64,000 nucleotides of DNA from Haliotis rufescens (taxonomy: Eukaryota): NCBI RefSeq assembly GCF_023055435.1, contig NW_025964383.1:44206001-44270000 (forward strand). Direction: 5' to 3'. This document shows, in pieces, positions 49,744 to 62,469 of this stretch. The position numbers and the translations under genes are program-made. The first letter of the stretch is position 1; every line of letters starts with the position of its first letter. The notes under the pieces were generated by a model. That model ran no database searches, was not told where the DNA came from, and saw only the letters and a list, made by a program, of their open reading frames with translations.

Positions 49744-51369
49744 GGATGTAGTTAGAATTTGTGACCTGGCTAAACGTCTTCATGTGTACTAATCTGCTGA
49801 TTTGGTTGATGCAAGTCATTGTGTCCCAATTGCATGGATCGATGCTCATGTCTATCACTGGATTGTCTGGTCCGGACTTGATTTTCTCTTTCTCTTGATA
49901 ATTTCCAGACCACCATCATATAGCTGGAATATTGTTGAGTGTGGCATAAAACAACAAAACAATAAATCTTATTATTCTTGGGTCAGATGGCACAGAACGA
50001 ACAATACATTATGCAACATTCACGCGCTCCATATAACGCCAGTATAGAAGACACACAAAATCGTTTCAAATCAGGTTTATTGGCTTTAACATGGAATAAA
50101 TATATGTAATAATCTAATTCATAATTAAAACCCTCCGGCACACTACAAACTGGACATTGTGTCCACTCTCAACACGAAACTGCTGTGAATGTGTGCTTCA
50201 CGGAGCCACCACAATACGGCTCAACACACACACACAGGCCATATCAGGATGTATTCTGTCAAGTGTGGTCACCTTGTTATCTATCTACACGTTTTGGACA
50301 GTACCAGGGAAATGGAAAAGAAACTGTAAACTATAAAATGATGTGAAACATTGGAACAACATCCAAGTAACCAATTAGTAAAAAAAAAAAAAAGCATTAA
50401 AAAAAGAATTATTGAATGAAATTAATTCTCATTAATATAATTCACATAAGAAAACAAATGTTTAAGTGCATTAATTTCATCCCTAAAAAGAAAAGTCGTA
50501 TACTGAATGAAAAAAAGGTTAGGGATCATGAATACTTTGTGTTCTCAGCCTTCACAAAAATATTCAATTTCAAAACAAACAAAATCATGATCGCTAACTT
50601 TTTTTGTAAAGTATATATGAACGCAATGTATAAATATCAGGTTACTCACCCCTGTAATAACTTGGGTGAATCTTGGACAAACCAATTATTGACTTGAGGC
50701 CCTCTCATGGGCATAACAGTTTGTGTATAAACCTTTTTAACTAGTTTTAACCCCCCTTTTTCTCAAATGGGATTTCAGGAGATATAAGTAACAGTTCATT
50801 CTGATATAAGTAACAGTTCATTCTGATGCATACGACTAACAAGGTGGTAAAAAACACCTGATTTTTTTCATTTTACTAATTGTTTTATTTTCAACGCTGC
50901 ACTCGGCTATATGACAGCGGTCATCAACAAAGTCGCCGAGCCATCACCCGGTCAGTTTGATCACCTCTTACGACCAGCATAGATTGTTGGTACCTATTCT
51001 CAGATTACTGAACTCGTCCTATGTCGAAGTCTGTGATGGTATCTCAACTACCCAAGGCCTTGATATCGTTAACTTGCCAGCTGATGTCAAGTAATACCTA
51101 GTTAATCCACAAACATCGCCTGCCGCCTGCCGGTGGGGAAGTCATAACCAAGGACCTCAACATTGTACACATGATTCGTTAATCAGGACGGGCTCCAGAT
51201 CAGATGCATATCTGCATAAACTAAATCACCACAACCCAAATAATGTTGAGTTGCTTGCGTACAAATACGCATGAAGGAATTAGACAAGCCTATAGTATAA
51301 CAACACTGTAATTGTCCAATGTAGCTTGTTCAGCTTGTGCGATGTCTTTACAGATCTTTACCTGCTGAC

Positions 51370-51842
51370 CATCTTCCAGGAGCAAGTGAGTTAGCTGTCT
51401 TTATAAATCCAGTTTCAACCCTTTTCCCAACTAGGCTGGGATTTCTGGGCTCGACCCAGTGGCGATTATGAGTTTTGTCCCTTCCATGACCCTCCTATTG
51501 ACCAATCAGATTCTACCTCTCATATCACTTGCATTTGCTTTGTAATAAAACGGGTCTTACTTTGCGAAGTGCATAAAATCACATGAGCACCTTGATCAAA
51601 AACGTGAAAACATTCGGAAAATATCAACTGATGCTTAGTTGGCGGTACACATGCTATGCAAATCCTGCAATTGATCAAAATCTGCACAGCAGTTTACGAA
51701 CAGGATGTCCATTTGTTACATGATGGGACCATGCATAAACTCGTGAGTCCAGCAAAAATAGAACTCCATAATTCCAGCCTAGTTCGGCAAGGGTGGAAAC
51801 TGGACTTTCATAGTCAGTTAACTCACTTGCCTCAGTAAGATG
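51370..51842. mobile_element. Second complete copy of the CATCTTCC-TIR MITE
   Basis: Collinear with 38773-39262, including both termini. Confidence 0.75.
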
Positions 51843-53248
51843 AGTCTGACTGTAAGCAGGTCTCAAAAATATGAACGTGACTGCAGTGAATTCTTCTCCT
51901 GTAAAATTGTCGAGAGGACTTCTTGTGACTGAAATACTTCGAACAACAAGTATGTAGATCGTTAGTTACTCGATATTTCAATAGAAACACTTTGTGCAAC
52001 ATTCTACCTTGTTGTAACAGGCAAAAAGCATTTTTCTACCCTTTCCGACAGAACTTTAATTAGAAGTTACCTGAAACAGCACTGAAGTAGAATTATTTTT
52101 AACCGAGTCCACACACAAATTTGCAAAACCCAATCGACTGGATCCAAGAGATTAAAAATATAGTAAATAGCCCCACCCACAAAACTACCAATGCCCAATA
52201 TAAATGATAAGTATATACTCAATGCCTCACACACTATCTGAAGACCTGTTAGGAACTTTGCTAATCCAGACACTAGTGTCCAGATTAACCAGGTTGTACT
52301 GTTCATGGTACCAGGTATATTTACAAAGCAGGCAACAGAATTCAATCCATGTACACAAGCAGTATAAGGTACAGCAAAACAATGTTAAGTATGTACTTAC
52401 TAGGTAAGTAAACAGTTTTCCAAGGAAATATACGACTCAAAAGAAGTTAAAGGACACCCTTTCTTTCATATTACTATTGTTAATCTGTCGCTTCTTTTGA
52501 GTAGTATACATATGCAAGTCAAACAAATAAAAAATATAGATTTAGCAAAATCACTATCTAGGTATTCTATACACACTAAACAATCTCATGGAAATCAAAT
52601 CTTTACTCCAATATGATACCTATGCATGAATATGCGACAACCCCTCCATAGCAAATTATGTCAGGTAAACTTTCTTATAAGTGTCCAGACTTCAAATTTA
52701 TTTGTACTTGTGCATGCTGAGCCGCAGATCTTATTTGTTTCTTAAAAAGAACCTAAATGGACAGATCCGAATGTAAATAATAAAATATGCTATGAACGAG
52801 TGAAGCATTCTGCACAGCATATGTGATTTCTGTATCTTGCAAAAAAACTTAGCAGACAGTTCAACATGCAAATAATAAAGGCCACACATGCCTATATTGC
52901 AAACATCTGCATGCCAAAAGGTAGTAACAACACAGGAATATTTGTGTCTTGTTGGTTTTCTGTTGTTGAATTTGAAACTTTTAAATTGAGGTGGTAAAGA
53001 AATGAAGCTGAAACATATTACAAAGCTACAACTGATTGGCTTAAGTTCCCATGCATCCTTTATTTGGATTGGGCAGTCAAAGGGTTAATCTGACACGATC
53101 TTCTGTGGAAGGCTTTTCAAATCCCACACAGATGTATCGCATCGGAGTAAAAGTTCTGCATTGAAAGAGATTGCGAGTGAAATATATTATGACATTTACA
53201 ATTACTTTTGAAGTATTTATTGTGCTTATTTTCTTAAAACACAGCTCT

Positions 53249-53420
53249 AGGGGCGGTCGGGTAGCCTAGTGGTTTAAGCGTTAGCTCGTCACGCCGAAGA
53301 CCCGGGTTCGATTCCCGACATGGGTACAATGTGTGAAGCCCATTTCTGGTGTCCCCCGCCGTGATATTGCTGGAATATTGCTAAAAGCGGCGTAAAACCA
53401 TACTCACTCACTCACTCACT
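53249..53420 (+). mobile_element. tRNA-derived SINE, family 1 (about 170 bp, (CACT)n tail), full-length young copy
   Basis: A box TAGCCTAGTGG, B box GGTTCGATTCC, tail GCTAAAAGCGGCGTAAAACCATA(CTCA)n. 13-bp TSD TAAAACACAGCTC at 53235-53247 and 53420-53432. Confidence 0.9.
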
Positions 53421-54789
53421 AAAACACAGCTCGGCCAATGAGAGATCACCATTTAATCACATGGTCCACACAGTCTACACTCAAATAATGATAATCATAC
53501 AAATCAGTTTATACACTAACAAGAACATGTTTTTTGTGTGCTTCATACAAAATATGGTATTTAGCAGCTCATTAAAGCAATACTAAGATATTGATACTCT
53601 AGACAAAATCCAATGCTTATATATAATTCCATGGCACTTTCAGCATCACAACCTTGTTCTTCAAGGCTATTTCAAATCTCCTGTTACACCGATTATATAA
53701 TTATTGTTCTGTGAAGAATTCTATGGGGAGGGGGAGGGAGAGGGGGAGGGGGGAAAGCGTTGGCAGAATCTATAATACTATCAAAAGTAACCTCAACATG
53801 CAACATTGCATGTCTCTTTCATATGGACTCAATAATGTTTTGTTTAGAAAACGAAAACTACCACAGCGAACATTATCTCGCCCGAAAGCCAAATAGGTGG
53901 GTTGGGCTTAACGCTGTTTAGAACCAATTTTCAGTCCTATCATAGCGTATCAGCTGAATCAAACCATGGTGCTGACAAACCAAAGAAAAATTAGGGAAGT
54001 CAGGGACTTGAACCCACGAACGGACGATTCCGGCTTCAGATGTTATCACCAGTGCTCCACCGCAAATCACAGGGCCCAGAATATTGTTGGGTTTACTTTG
54101 CCTATAGGGAGGCTGTAACATCTCAGCCAATCGTTATGAATATAACACTGAGTAAAATGGTTAACAAAATCCAAAGTTTATCTATCATTCAACCTTTAAA
54201 TGTATTAACAATGAGAATGATTGTCAACTGTTCACTCCTATTAACTTTCAAACTAGTAAACTGAATTCTACAGTTTCCATGGTGATCAGCTAAATAATCT
54301 TTTTTAAAGATCTGAAAAAGTCACTGAATCAATCTAAAATTGAGGTAGATGACATCAAAAATGTCAATTTGACTGTTTTTGTAGGAACTGAATAATGCCC
54401 TCAGAAAAATACAGTGTGGTTTTCTCCGCTTTAACATAACATTGTATTAAATGATTAAACTATATAAATTCTTGTCTCTCTTATACTTGTGCGTAATAAA
54501 AGTATGTGAGGTCAACCTAAAGGCAAACCAAAAATATCGCACCAATATTGAGCATATTTTTGATAAGCAATGAATGAGTACAAAAAAATCATTAATTAAA
54601 TTTATGAAATAAAAAATTATCAAAATAATGTCAATCCATGCTAATTTTGAGGCCCACCAAAACTCCCCCCACCCCCTCCACCCACCCCTCCCCTGATCAA
54701 CCCATTACTTCACCTGCACCCAGGAAAACGAACAAATATGTTGAAAATATATGTGAAAATGTCTGGTTCTCAGGATCTAAAAGCATTTG

Positions 54790-56060
54790 TTTAACATCAC
54801 CAGTTTAACATCCTGCCAGACATCCCCAGTTGAACATCCCTGTGTAACATCTGTTTAACATCACTGCCTGGCATCCCTGTGTAACATCAGATTAACATCA
54901 TTGCCTGACAGCCCTGTGTAACATCAGATTAACATCACTGCCTGACAGCCCTGTGTAACATCTGTTTAACATCACTGCATGGCATCAGCAGTTGTACGTC
55001 CCTGTGTAACATCTGTTTAACATCACTGCATGACAGCCCTGTGTAACATCAGTTTAACATCACTGCCTGACATCCCTGTGTAACATCAGATTAACATCAC
55101 TGCCTGACAGCCCTGTGTAGCATCAGTTTAACATCACTGCCTGACAGCCCTGTGTAACATCAGATTAACATCACTGCCTGACAGCCCTGTGTAAGTCAGA
55201 TTAACATCACTGCCTGACAGCCCTGTGTAACATCTGTTTAACATCACTGCATGGCATCAGCAGTTGAACGTCCCTGTGTAACATCTGTTTAACATCACTG
55301 CATGACAGCCCTGTGTAACATCTGTTTAACATCACTGTCTGACAGCCCTGTGTAGCATCAGTTTAACATCACTGCATGACAGCCCTGTGTAACATCAGTT
55401 TAACATCACTGCCTGACAGCCCTGTGTAGCATCAGTTTAACATCACTGCCTGACAGCCCTGTGTAGCATCAGTTTAACATTACTGCCTGACAGCCCTGTG
55501 TAACATCAGTTTAACATCACTGCCTGACAGCCCTGTGTAACATCTATTCAACATCACTGCCTGACATCCCTGTGTAACATCAGTTTAACATCACTGTCTG
55601 ACAGCCCTGTGTAACATCTATTCAACATCACTGCCTGGCATCCCTGTGTAACATCAGTTTAACATCACTGCATGACATCACCAGTTGAATGAACCTGTGT
55701 AACATCAGTTTAACATCACTGCCTGACATCCTTGTGTAACATGTTTAACATCACTGCCTGGCATCCCTGTGTAACATCTGTTTAACATCACTGCCTGACA
55801 TCCCTGTTTAACATCACTAGTTGAATGAACCTGTGTAACATCAGTTTAACATCACTGCATGGCATCCCTGTTTAACGTCTGTTTAACATCACTGCATGAC
55901 ATCACCAGTTGAACATGCCTGCATCAATTGAACATCTCTGCACATGTACATAACATCACCAGTTTAACACAATTACACGGCATCATCAGTTAACATCCCA
56001 GTGAAACATCAGTTAACATCACTGCATGACATCACCAGTTAACACCACTGTATGACAGCA
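54790..56060. repeat. About 37-bp minisatellite (CCCTGTGTAACATCAGTTTAACATCACTGCCTGACAG) downstream of the RNF168 stop codon
   Basis: About 30 units, homogeneous in the centre and degenerate at the edges. Confidence 0.95.
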
Positions 56061-56380
56061 TCACATTTCCACTTTCTGACTCCAGGTAGCACAGTATTTC
56101 ACAGTAACAATATAGGGTAACAAATATTTCAAAATGCATAGCCTGAGAACCACATTTCCATTTTGTTTTTCCACTCATGGTATTAATAACAAGTACAGAT
56201 CATAACAGGTAACCATGGCAACTGTGTTGTGACTTCATCATATTTATCCCAAATCAAAAAAATATCTCTCCCATGATTAATCTTGCCCATCCTATTTGTC
56301 CATCAAACAGCTAATTCCATTCAAAGCACAGCGAGAGGCACATTACCAGACTCACAATGGGACTAGAAATAACAGCGAAA

Positions 56381-59300
56381 TCACTCGTAATATCTTGGTT
56401 TTCTTCGAAACTGGTACTGCTCCGCCCCTCCCTTGAAGCGTTCGGCCGCTATGCGAAACTTCTGCTCCAAGTTAAACTGCTTCTGCAGCCTCTGCGCCAT
56501 CTTCCTATCCTCCTCTTCCTGGCTGAACACCTCCGTCGTGTCACTTGAAGCATCTTCATCTCGATCTTCCCGCATGTCAACGTCACTAGGTCCACTCAAG
56601 TACCTGACAATAGACTGCTGGTCACTGGTCGTGTGACGACGGCGACCCCTCCCCTCCAAACCTTGCTGCGACTTCCACGCCCTTGAGCTTACAGACTTAG
56701 TCCGTTTCTTTTCCAGCTGGGTTTTCCCTTTTCTTGGACTGGGGGAACTTTCAAAAGCGTTGTCTAGGTCAGACACGATACTGGATTTTGCTCGAACTCT
56801 TTTCCGTGGAGAGGGTCCGGAACTGTCAGCACTAGACAGTGTGTCGGAACCACCCCGCTTCCGACTCTGTCGTCCCTTCGGCGGTGACGCCCCCCCACTG
56901 CTGTTGTTCCTGTGCGTATTCGGGTCCACATTCTCTTCCAGAAGTTCCTCAGTTGCACATTTTTTCAGTTTTGACCTCTTGCTTGGTAGAGGTAGCTCCA
57001 TTTCTTCCGACAAATTCTTCGTTTTGGTTTCAGATGGACGTTCTAAGTCAGTCAAGTCAGCCTTCTTTGGGGATCTTTTCGGTGGTGTTTTTGCCGATGA
57101 CTTCTTAGGAACCGTCTTCGTTGGTTTGGGCATAGAAACCATATCACATGTATTTTCATCAGAAGACATCCCATTGTCACTCATCCTCCACTCCTCATCT
57201 GTTTTTTTCAACCCCCTTGACCTCCCTCTCCTTTCAGGTTTACAAGCACCTGAAGCTTCACCTTCCGGGTCACATTTAGAATCATTGCCAACATCCTCAC
57301 CCACTTTTCGACCTTTTCTTTTTCTACCAAGAAATTGCGACTTTGTTTCCCGGTCAGAAAGGTCAAGACTGTTTGTGTCCGTTCCCATCCCTTTCCTCAC
57401 TTTCCCCAGGTTCTTCTTAGCAGGAGACATGGGTTCAGCATCAGATTCACTGATCCAGTTCTGACTCTCGGGATCAAAGTTAGGATCTTCCTTAGCTTTT
57501 CTCCTCCTCGATCTATGAGGAGGAACACATGCTTTTGTTTCAGCTCCTAAAGGTTCAGCATCACAAACTTTTTGGGCAACATTCATACGATGCTTTCTTC
57601 CGATTGTAATTTCACTTTCGGATTCACTTTCACTCAAACTAGACTTTGACACTTTAGCACTATCTGTTCCCTGACACTGTTTCACTGTGTCATCAACCGA
57701 AACCTCCTGTTCACTTTCGGAACAATCCAATTCGCTGACATTTCTACGTGAATGATGCCGCCGTTTACGATTTCTCACTTTTCGAACACTGGACTGCAAC
57801 ACCAATAGTTTTTCAGGGGTTTTAATCGTTCTGTTCCCTGAAACTTTCCTCCTCCTCCTCCTCCCCAATTTTTCTGAACCTTGTTCGAAGTCGTCATCAC
57901 TGATGGATTCACTGATAGCCTCCCCCTTCTGCAGTCCCCTACCCTTCCGCCTGCCAGGCTCCGAGGCCCCAGGATCACTAACAAAACTGGAGTCACTCTT
58001 CAGGGGACTCACATCAACCTCACTAAGGTGGGCCACAGTCTTATTTCTCTTGGTTCGTTTAGGTCCGCCCTTCATTCGAGTCTTCCAATTCCCAGTCTCC
58101 CCATCCCCTATAGTCAACACCTGATTCACTCCCGTGATTGCACCGTTTGTTTCAAGGATGCTCTTCGAAGGCAGCATCACTCCACCAGCATCCCCATCAC
58201 CTCCCCCTCGCCCACTAGAATTGCACTCGCTTTTCCCAGGCACCTGCTTCACGTTAGCATTTTTGTCCACTTGCTGATTCTCACCGATCACATCCGAATT
58301 CTCCTCGAACAAATCTGGAGACTCAGTTTTGCTTTTCCTGTCTGCTGTCTTGAACCAATCTTTTATCGACCGCTGAGGGCTGATAACCTGAGCCTTCAGA
58401 TCCCTCTGCCCTTTGAGATCATTGGACACGTGTCTCGATCTCTGGAGCCTATTGTGTGTTGGTGTCTTGGATCGAACGTCTAAAGTACTAACTGAAGGTT
58501 CCTCTTTCTCTTTTGGGGGTGACGCAGTTGGTGATGTACCTGGATTTCTAATATTAAGTAGCACAGGAGTAATGTCTTCGTAGTCGTGATCTTCAAGGAT
58601 TGGTTCTAAAGGAATCAACAGCCCGGACCGGGAACCGAGGCTGTCTGGCAGGTCAGTCTGAACAAGAGGAGGAATAGGATCAGACTTGTGCAGAGGTGGA
58701 CGGGACAAGTCACTTGAAAGTGTTCTCTCTCTACCTAGAGGGTGGGACTTCTTATCATCCCTATGAAGTTCATCATCTGGTCCAGTAGAAGTGGATTTGG
58801 ATCTTTCCCGAACCAGCTGCTGTCTCTCAAGAGCCAGTTCATTCAACCGTTTCTGCATGATCGGACTCCCGGGTTCCAGGCCCGGACTCGTCACAGCATC
58901 GACCGGCGATCCGAACCCGTTCCGGGAGAGATTCCGCGGAGTGGTTCGCACAAAGGGTGGATCCAGCACCTTTCCGTCCGCCAGCTTCCTGGGAGGAGTT
59001 CGAGGGCAGGACAGGATGGGCTTGAAGTGGCACAACTCGTTGCTGATGCTATCGTTACTGGCAACACTTTCACTTCGTTCCTTAGCACTGTCACTTCTCT
59101 CTCTACCAACATCCGATGAAGAGTCGGATATGGTCATCACTTCATCACTCGGAGGTCGAACCACGGTACTCGACTTCGGAGCATTTGGCTGAGGACAGTA
59201 AGAATGATCTACCAGATTAAAGGGATACAACTCCGTTTTAACACTACTACTGCTCAGTTTCCCAATGGAGGAGTTGGACCGTGAGTTGTCTTCCCCTTTG

Positions 59301-61525
59301 TCCTTGTCGGAAGGACTGATGCAGGGGTATGGGTAGGGGTCGTTAGACGGACAGCGAGTGTCAGTCTCTGCCTTGTATTTGTTGAAGAATGTTTCCAGTG
59401 TTCCGCTGTTGCTTTGTCCAGACTTAGTACTCGTGGCAGAGTTGCTCCGCGTCATGCGTGACCTTGACTCTTCCAGCAGGAGGTCAATCGGATCATCTGT
59501 GCCAGCCTGGAAGAAACAATGAGCTTTTAATAATATTGCAACAAAATAGAATTAAAGCTTTGTCATAGTTACCTTCCATTAATGATATTTCCCATAATAG
59601 AACAAAGAGTTATCTCCCTTTAATCATATCTCCAGCCCAAATGAAAGAAAACATTCTGCTGACATTTTTGGCAATAACACTTTGTGGGAATGCATCAAGC
59701 ATTTTGTGGGAATTTGTATTAGCCAGGATTGTTGAGCAAAGGCAAATACCCAATATCCACTCACACTATTTCAGTGAGTGAGTGAGTGAGTGAGTGAGTG
59801 AGTGAGTGAGTGAGTGAGTGAGTGAGTGAGTGAGTGAGTGAGTGAGTGAGTGAGTGAGTGAGTGAGGGAGCGAGCGAGCGAGTTGTAACATACAGGACAT
59901 TATTTCTGTTCAGCTGAAGTGAGGCAGTTTTGTACATGTTAACCATTTTGTGAAACCCACAAGCACAGAGTGGAGAGGACAAAGTTTATAATCAGTATAA
60001 ATCTGGGCGTAAATCAGCTGATCCTGGCATGGCCAAGGGACACAACTCTGCATGATGAATTCAGTGTCTTAACATGTAGGTTAAGATAGTTAAAAACAAT
60101 AAAAAAATAAGTGTAAATAAAAAAAAAAAACGAGTGACAAATAATTAATCCATCCCACAGCTGACCTCATTAATGACCTTGTCCAGTTCGCGGGCGAGTG
60201 CCTCGTCCGTCTCGTTGGCCTGCAAGGCCTGCAGTTGGCGGTGGTGACGGTCTTGATCTTCCTCTTCCTGGAGACGCCGGATCAGCGCCTCACTCTCCAG
60301 CTCCTCGCGGCGCCGCTCCTGGTTCAGCTGTTGCCGAAGCTGTAACACGGCAAGCAGCGATGATTACAAACAGATGCATAGAAATCTGGCTTATAATAGA
60401 CATATACAGTCATGGGGGCAAAGATCCCATGGCCAGAGGGCCGAGACACATCAACCTTTTTTAGTACACACAAGCAATACTTGCTGTCACTAAATGTCCT
60501 GCTTGTCCTGGAGTGTAAAATCACTTGTCTACATCAACATCATGACTTCCCTGTTTAGGGCGTAGTGTAACTGCCTACATCGATACTGACGCCTATCTTG
60601 CTTCTGCTGCTATCATCTATAAGAGCTAATGTATTTCTGGTCATGTGAACACTTCTTAGTTTACTTTCAAAATGGAGGCATGTTCAAATCATTGAAGAAT
60701 ATTTCGACATGTTTTCAAGAGCCATCGCTAAGCCAAACTGTCTATCACAGAATGATGACGTGAATGACATAACTATGGCTAATACTGTCAGCAGTCCCAA
60801 AAGGCTTTTATAAGATGCAGGTGTAGGTGGGGATGGTGGAATCAGGGAATTAAGCATTGGGATGCAAGACGACCGAGATTACTTCGTCCGCTAATTGTCC
60901 GTGTCTGATCGTAATAAATGAATCGGAGATCCAAGCAAACTCAAAAAACAAACATTGGAATAAAGTGAAAAGGCAGGTGCACTGACGCGTTGAAGGTAAT
61001 TGGCTGAGCAAATTCCAGTGATGGTCTTTCGACAAGGGTAATTGTTCAACATGTTCAATGACTTGTCTTTATTGCAGCAAGTGTTCAAAGTTTGTTGTTC
61101 AGACACAATATAACAATTGGAATGTTTTCCATCTTGTCTTGTTATTTAAAATCCAAAATATAAATTTGTTCGTAAGCCTACATCAATGTGGCTCCCCAAA
61201 TTGTAATGTGACTCCTTAAACTTTGAAATGGCACCCAGAAAAATATTGTCAGGAGCCAAGTGGCTCCCAGCAAAAAATCTGAGCTTATAATGCTGCAGAT
61301 TCAGTTTTTTATAACGTAGATTAGATACATCTGTAATAATAATGAAGCTGTCTATAACAGATGCAGCTGGTTATAACGTAGATTAGATACATCTGTTATA
61401 ACAATGAAGCTGTCTATAACAGATGCAGCTGGTTATAACACCCTCCCTCACCTTGTTCAGCTCCTCCTCGTACTCCTTCCTGATCTCCCCCGGGGCTGCC
61501 AGATGGACTGGCCGATGAAACGTCA
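56381..61525 (-). CDS. RNF168: E3 ubiquitin ligase of the RNF168/RNF169 family, 3' partial (RING-encoding exons lie beyond 64000)
   Basis: Exon 61525-61452 encodes HLAAPGEIRKEYEEELNK (LRM1-like). Exon 60339-60166 encodes ESEALIRRLQEEE..TDEALAREL (UMI/MIU1-like). The large last exon 59506-56381 ends in MIU2 (QEEEDRKMAQRLQKQF) plus an LRM2-like motif (RFKGGAEQYQFRRK). Junction phases are consistent. Confidence 0.85.
59773..59866. repeat. (GAGT)n microsatellite
   Basis: Perfect tetranucleotide run. Other microsatellites are (TAGT)n 2903-2948, (CT)n 4910-5051 and CA-rich 12077-12210. Confidence 0.95.
61309..61438. repeat. 62-bp tandem duplication next to an RNF168 splice donor
   Basis: 61309-61370 is nearly identical to 61371-61432. 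Confidence 0.9.
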
Positions 61526-61803
61526 CTGAAAACACAAACACCAACATACATCAGCTTCATCTACGACATAAACTGTCCTCACAATTCACACGTGGTGAAA
61601 CTGACTGTCACAGGGAAGTGGACACAAAAGAAGGCAAAGGAGTCTGTGATTTTGCTGGAATTAAGACATTTTCCTTTTATCAATTCTTGATAGGACATGC
61701 TGAAAAACCTAGCAGACAATCTCAATTTGTCCAAAAACAGCCTACATTGCAGAGTGCTAGCGCTAATCCCTGCAAGTGACAACTGAATGAAGACACGATT
61801 GAC

Positions 61804-62469
61804 ATGTGTGATACTACAGATGAACCAAAGCCAAAACTATCTAAAACTAAATCAGTGCGAACTCCCTGTAAATGGCTTCTTCCAAAGTACAAATCGTGGT
61901 TAATATGTGACCAAGATAAAAGTTTATTTTTTTGCAAAACTTGCAAAGAGTATGGTCAACCAGTTGGAAAAGATGGACAAATAGTTTTCTTCTTCAATGG
62001 TGCAAGGGGCTTTAGAACTAGCAAACTTCAAACACATGTACAATCCAGTGTACACTTAACCTATCAGGTGTTCATTATGCATTTTTGACAAAACCAGATA
62101 AATAGCAGTTGGAAGAAGGTTTAATTGTCTCAAATAAAAAAAACCAGAGGGAAACATGGAAAACATTAGTCATAGTCATTGAGTAATATAGACAGGCACA
62201 CCCAAATTGAAAATTTACAACAGGAAGTTGTTTAGCAATAGTAGGACAGGCACTTTATGGGGAAAACTCTCTCACTTTACAGTTTCATTTTGTCAAGACA
62301 TGGAATAAACATTAGCGAAAGTACTCTCAATGAACATGACCATGCCCCCGAGGCACTGTACAGCAAATTCAAGCATGCCATTACTTTTTTATGTGTGCAC
62401 TCGGCACGGCACTACTATTCCAAGACCTGTCCTCTTAAACTGAAAAGGAGCGCCAGTGAGATGGAATGA
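61804..62469 (+). pseudogene. Degenerate hAT-type transposase 5' fragment (TTF-type/ZNF862-like zinc finger) in an RNF168 intron
   Basis: W-x6-W..FFCKTC..F..G..F....L..H..S..H pattern in ORF 61804-62088. The frame is then broken by stops, with a weak continuation in 62257-62469. Confidence 0.65.

Noticed and set aside
53249-53325. Apparent tRNA genes at SINE heads
   Set aside because: Each continues into a SINE body, tail and TSD, without a proper acceptor stem or terminator.
56760-59192. Several 100-230-aa plus-strand ORFs
   Set aside because: They are antisense shadows of the large RNF168 exon.
61804-62088. Intact nested zinc-finger host gene
   Set aside because: Downstream frames are disrupted, so it is better explained as a decayed hAT transposase.
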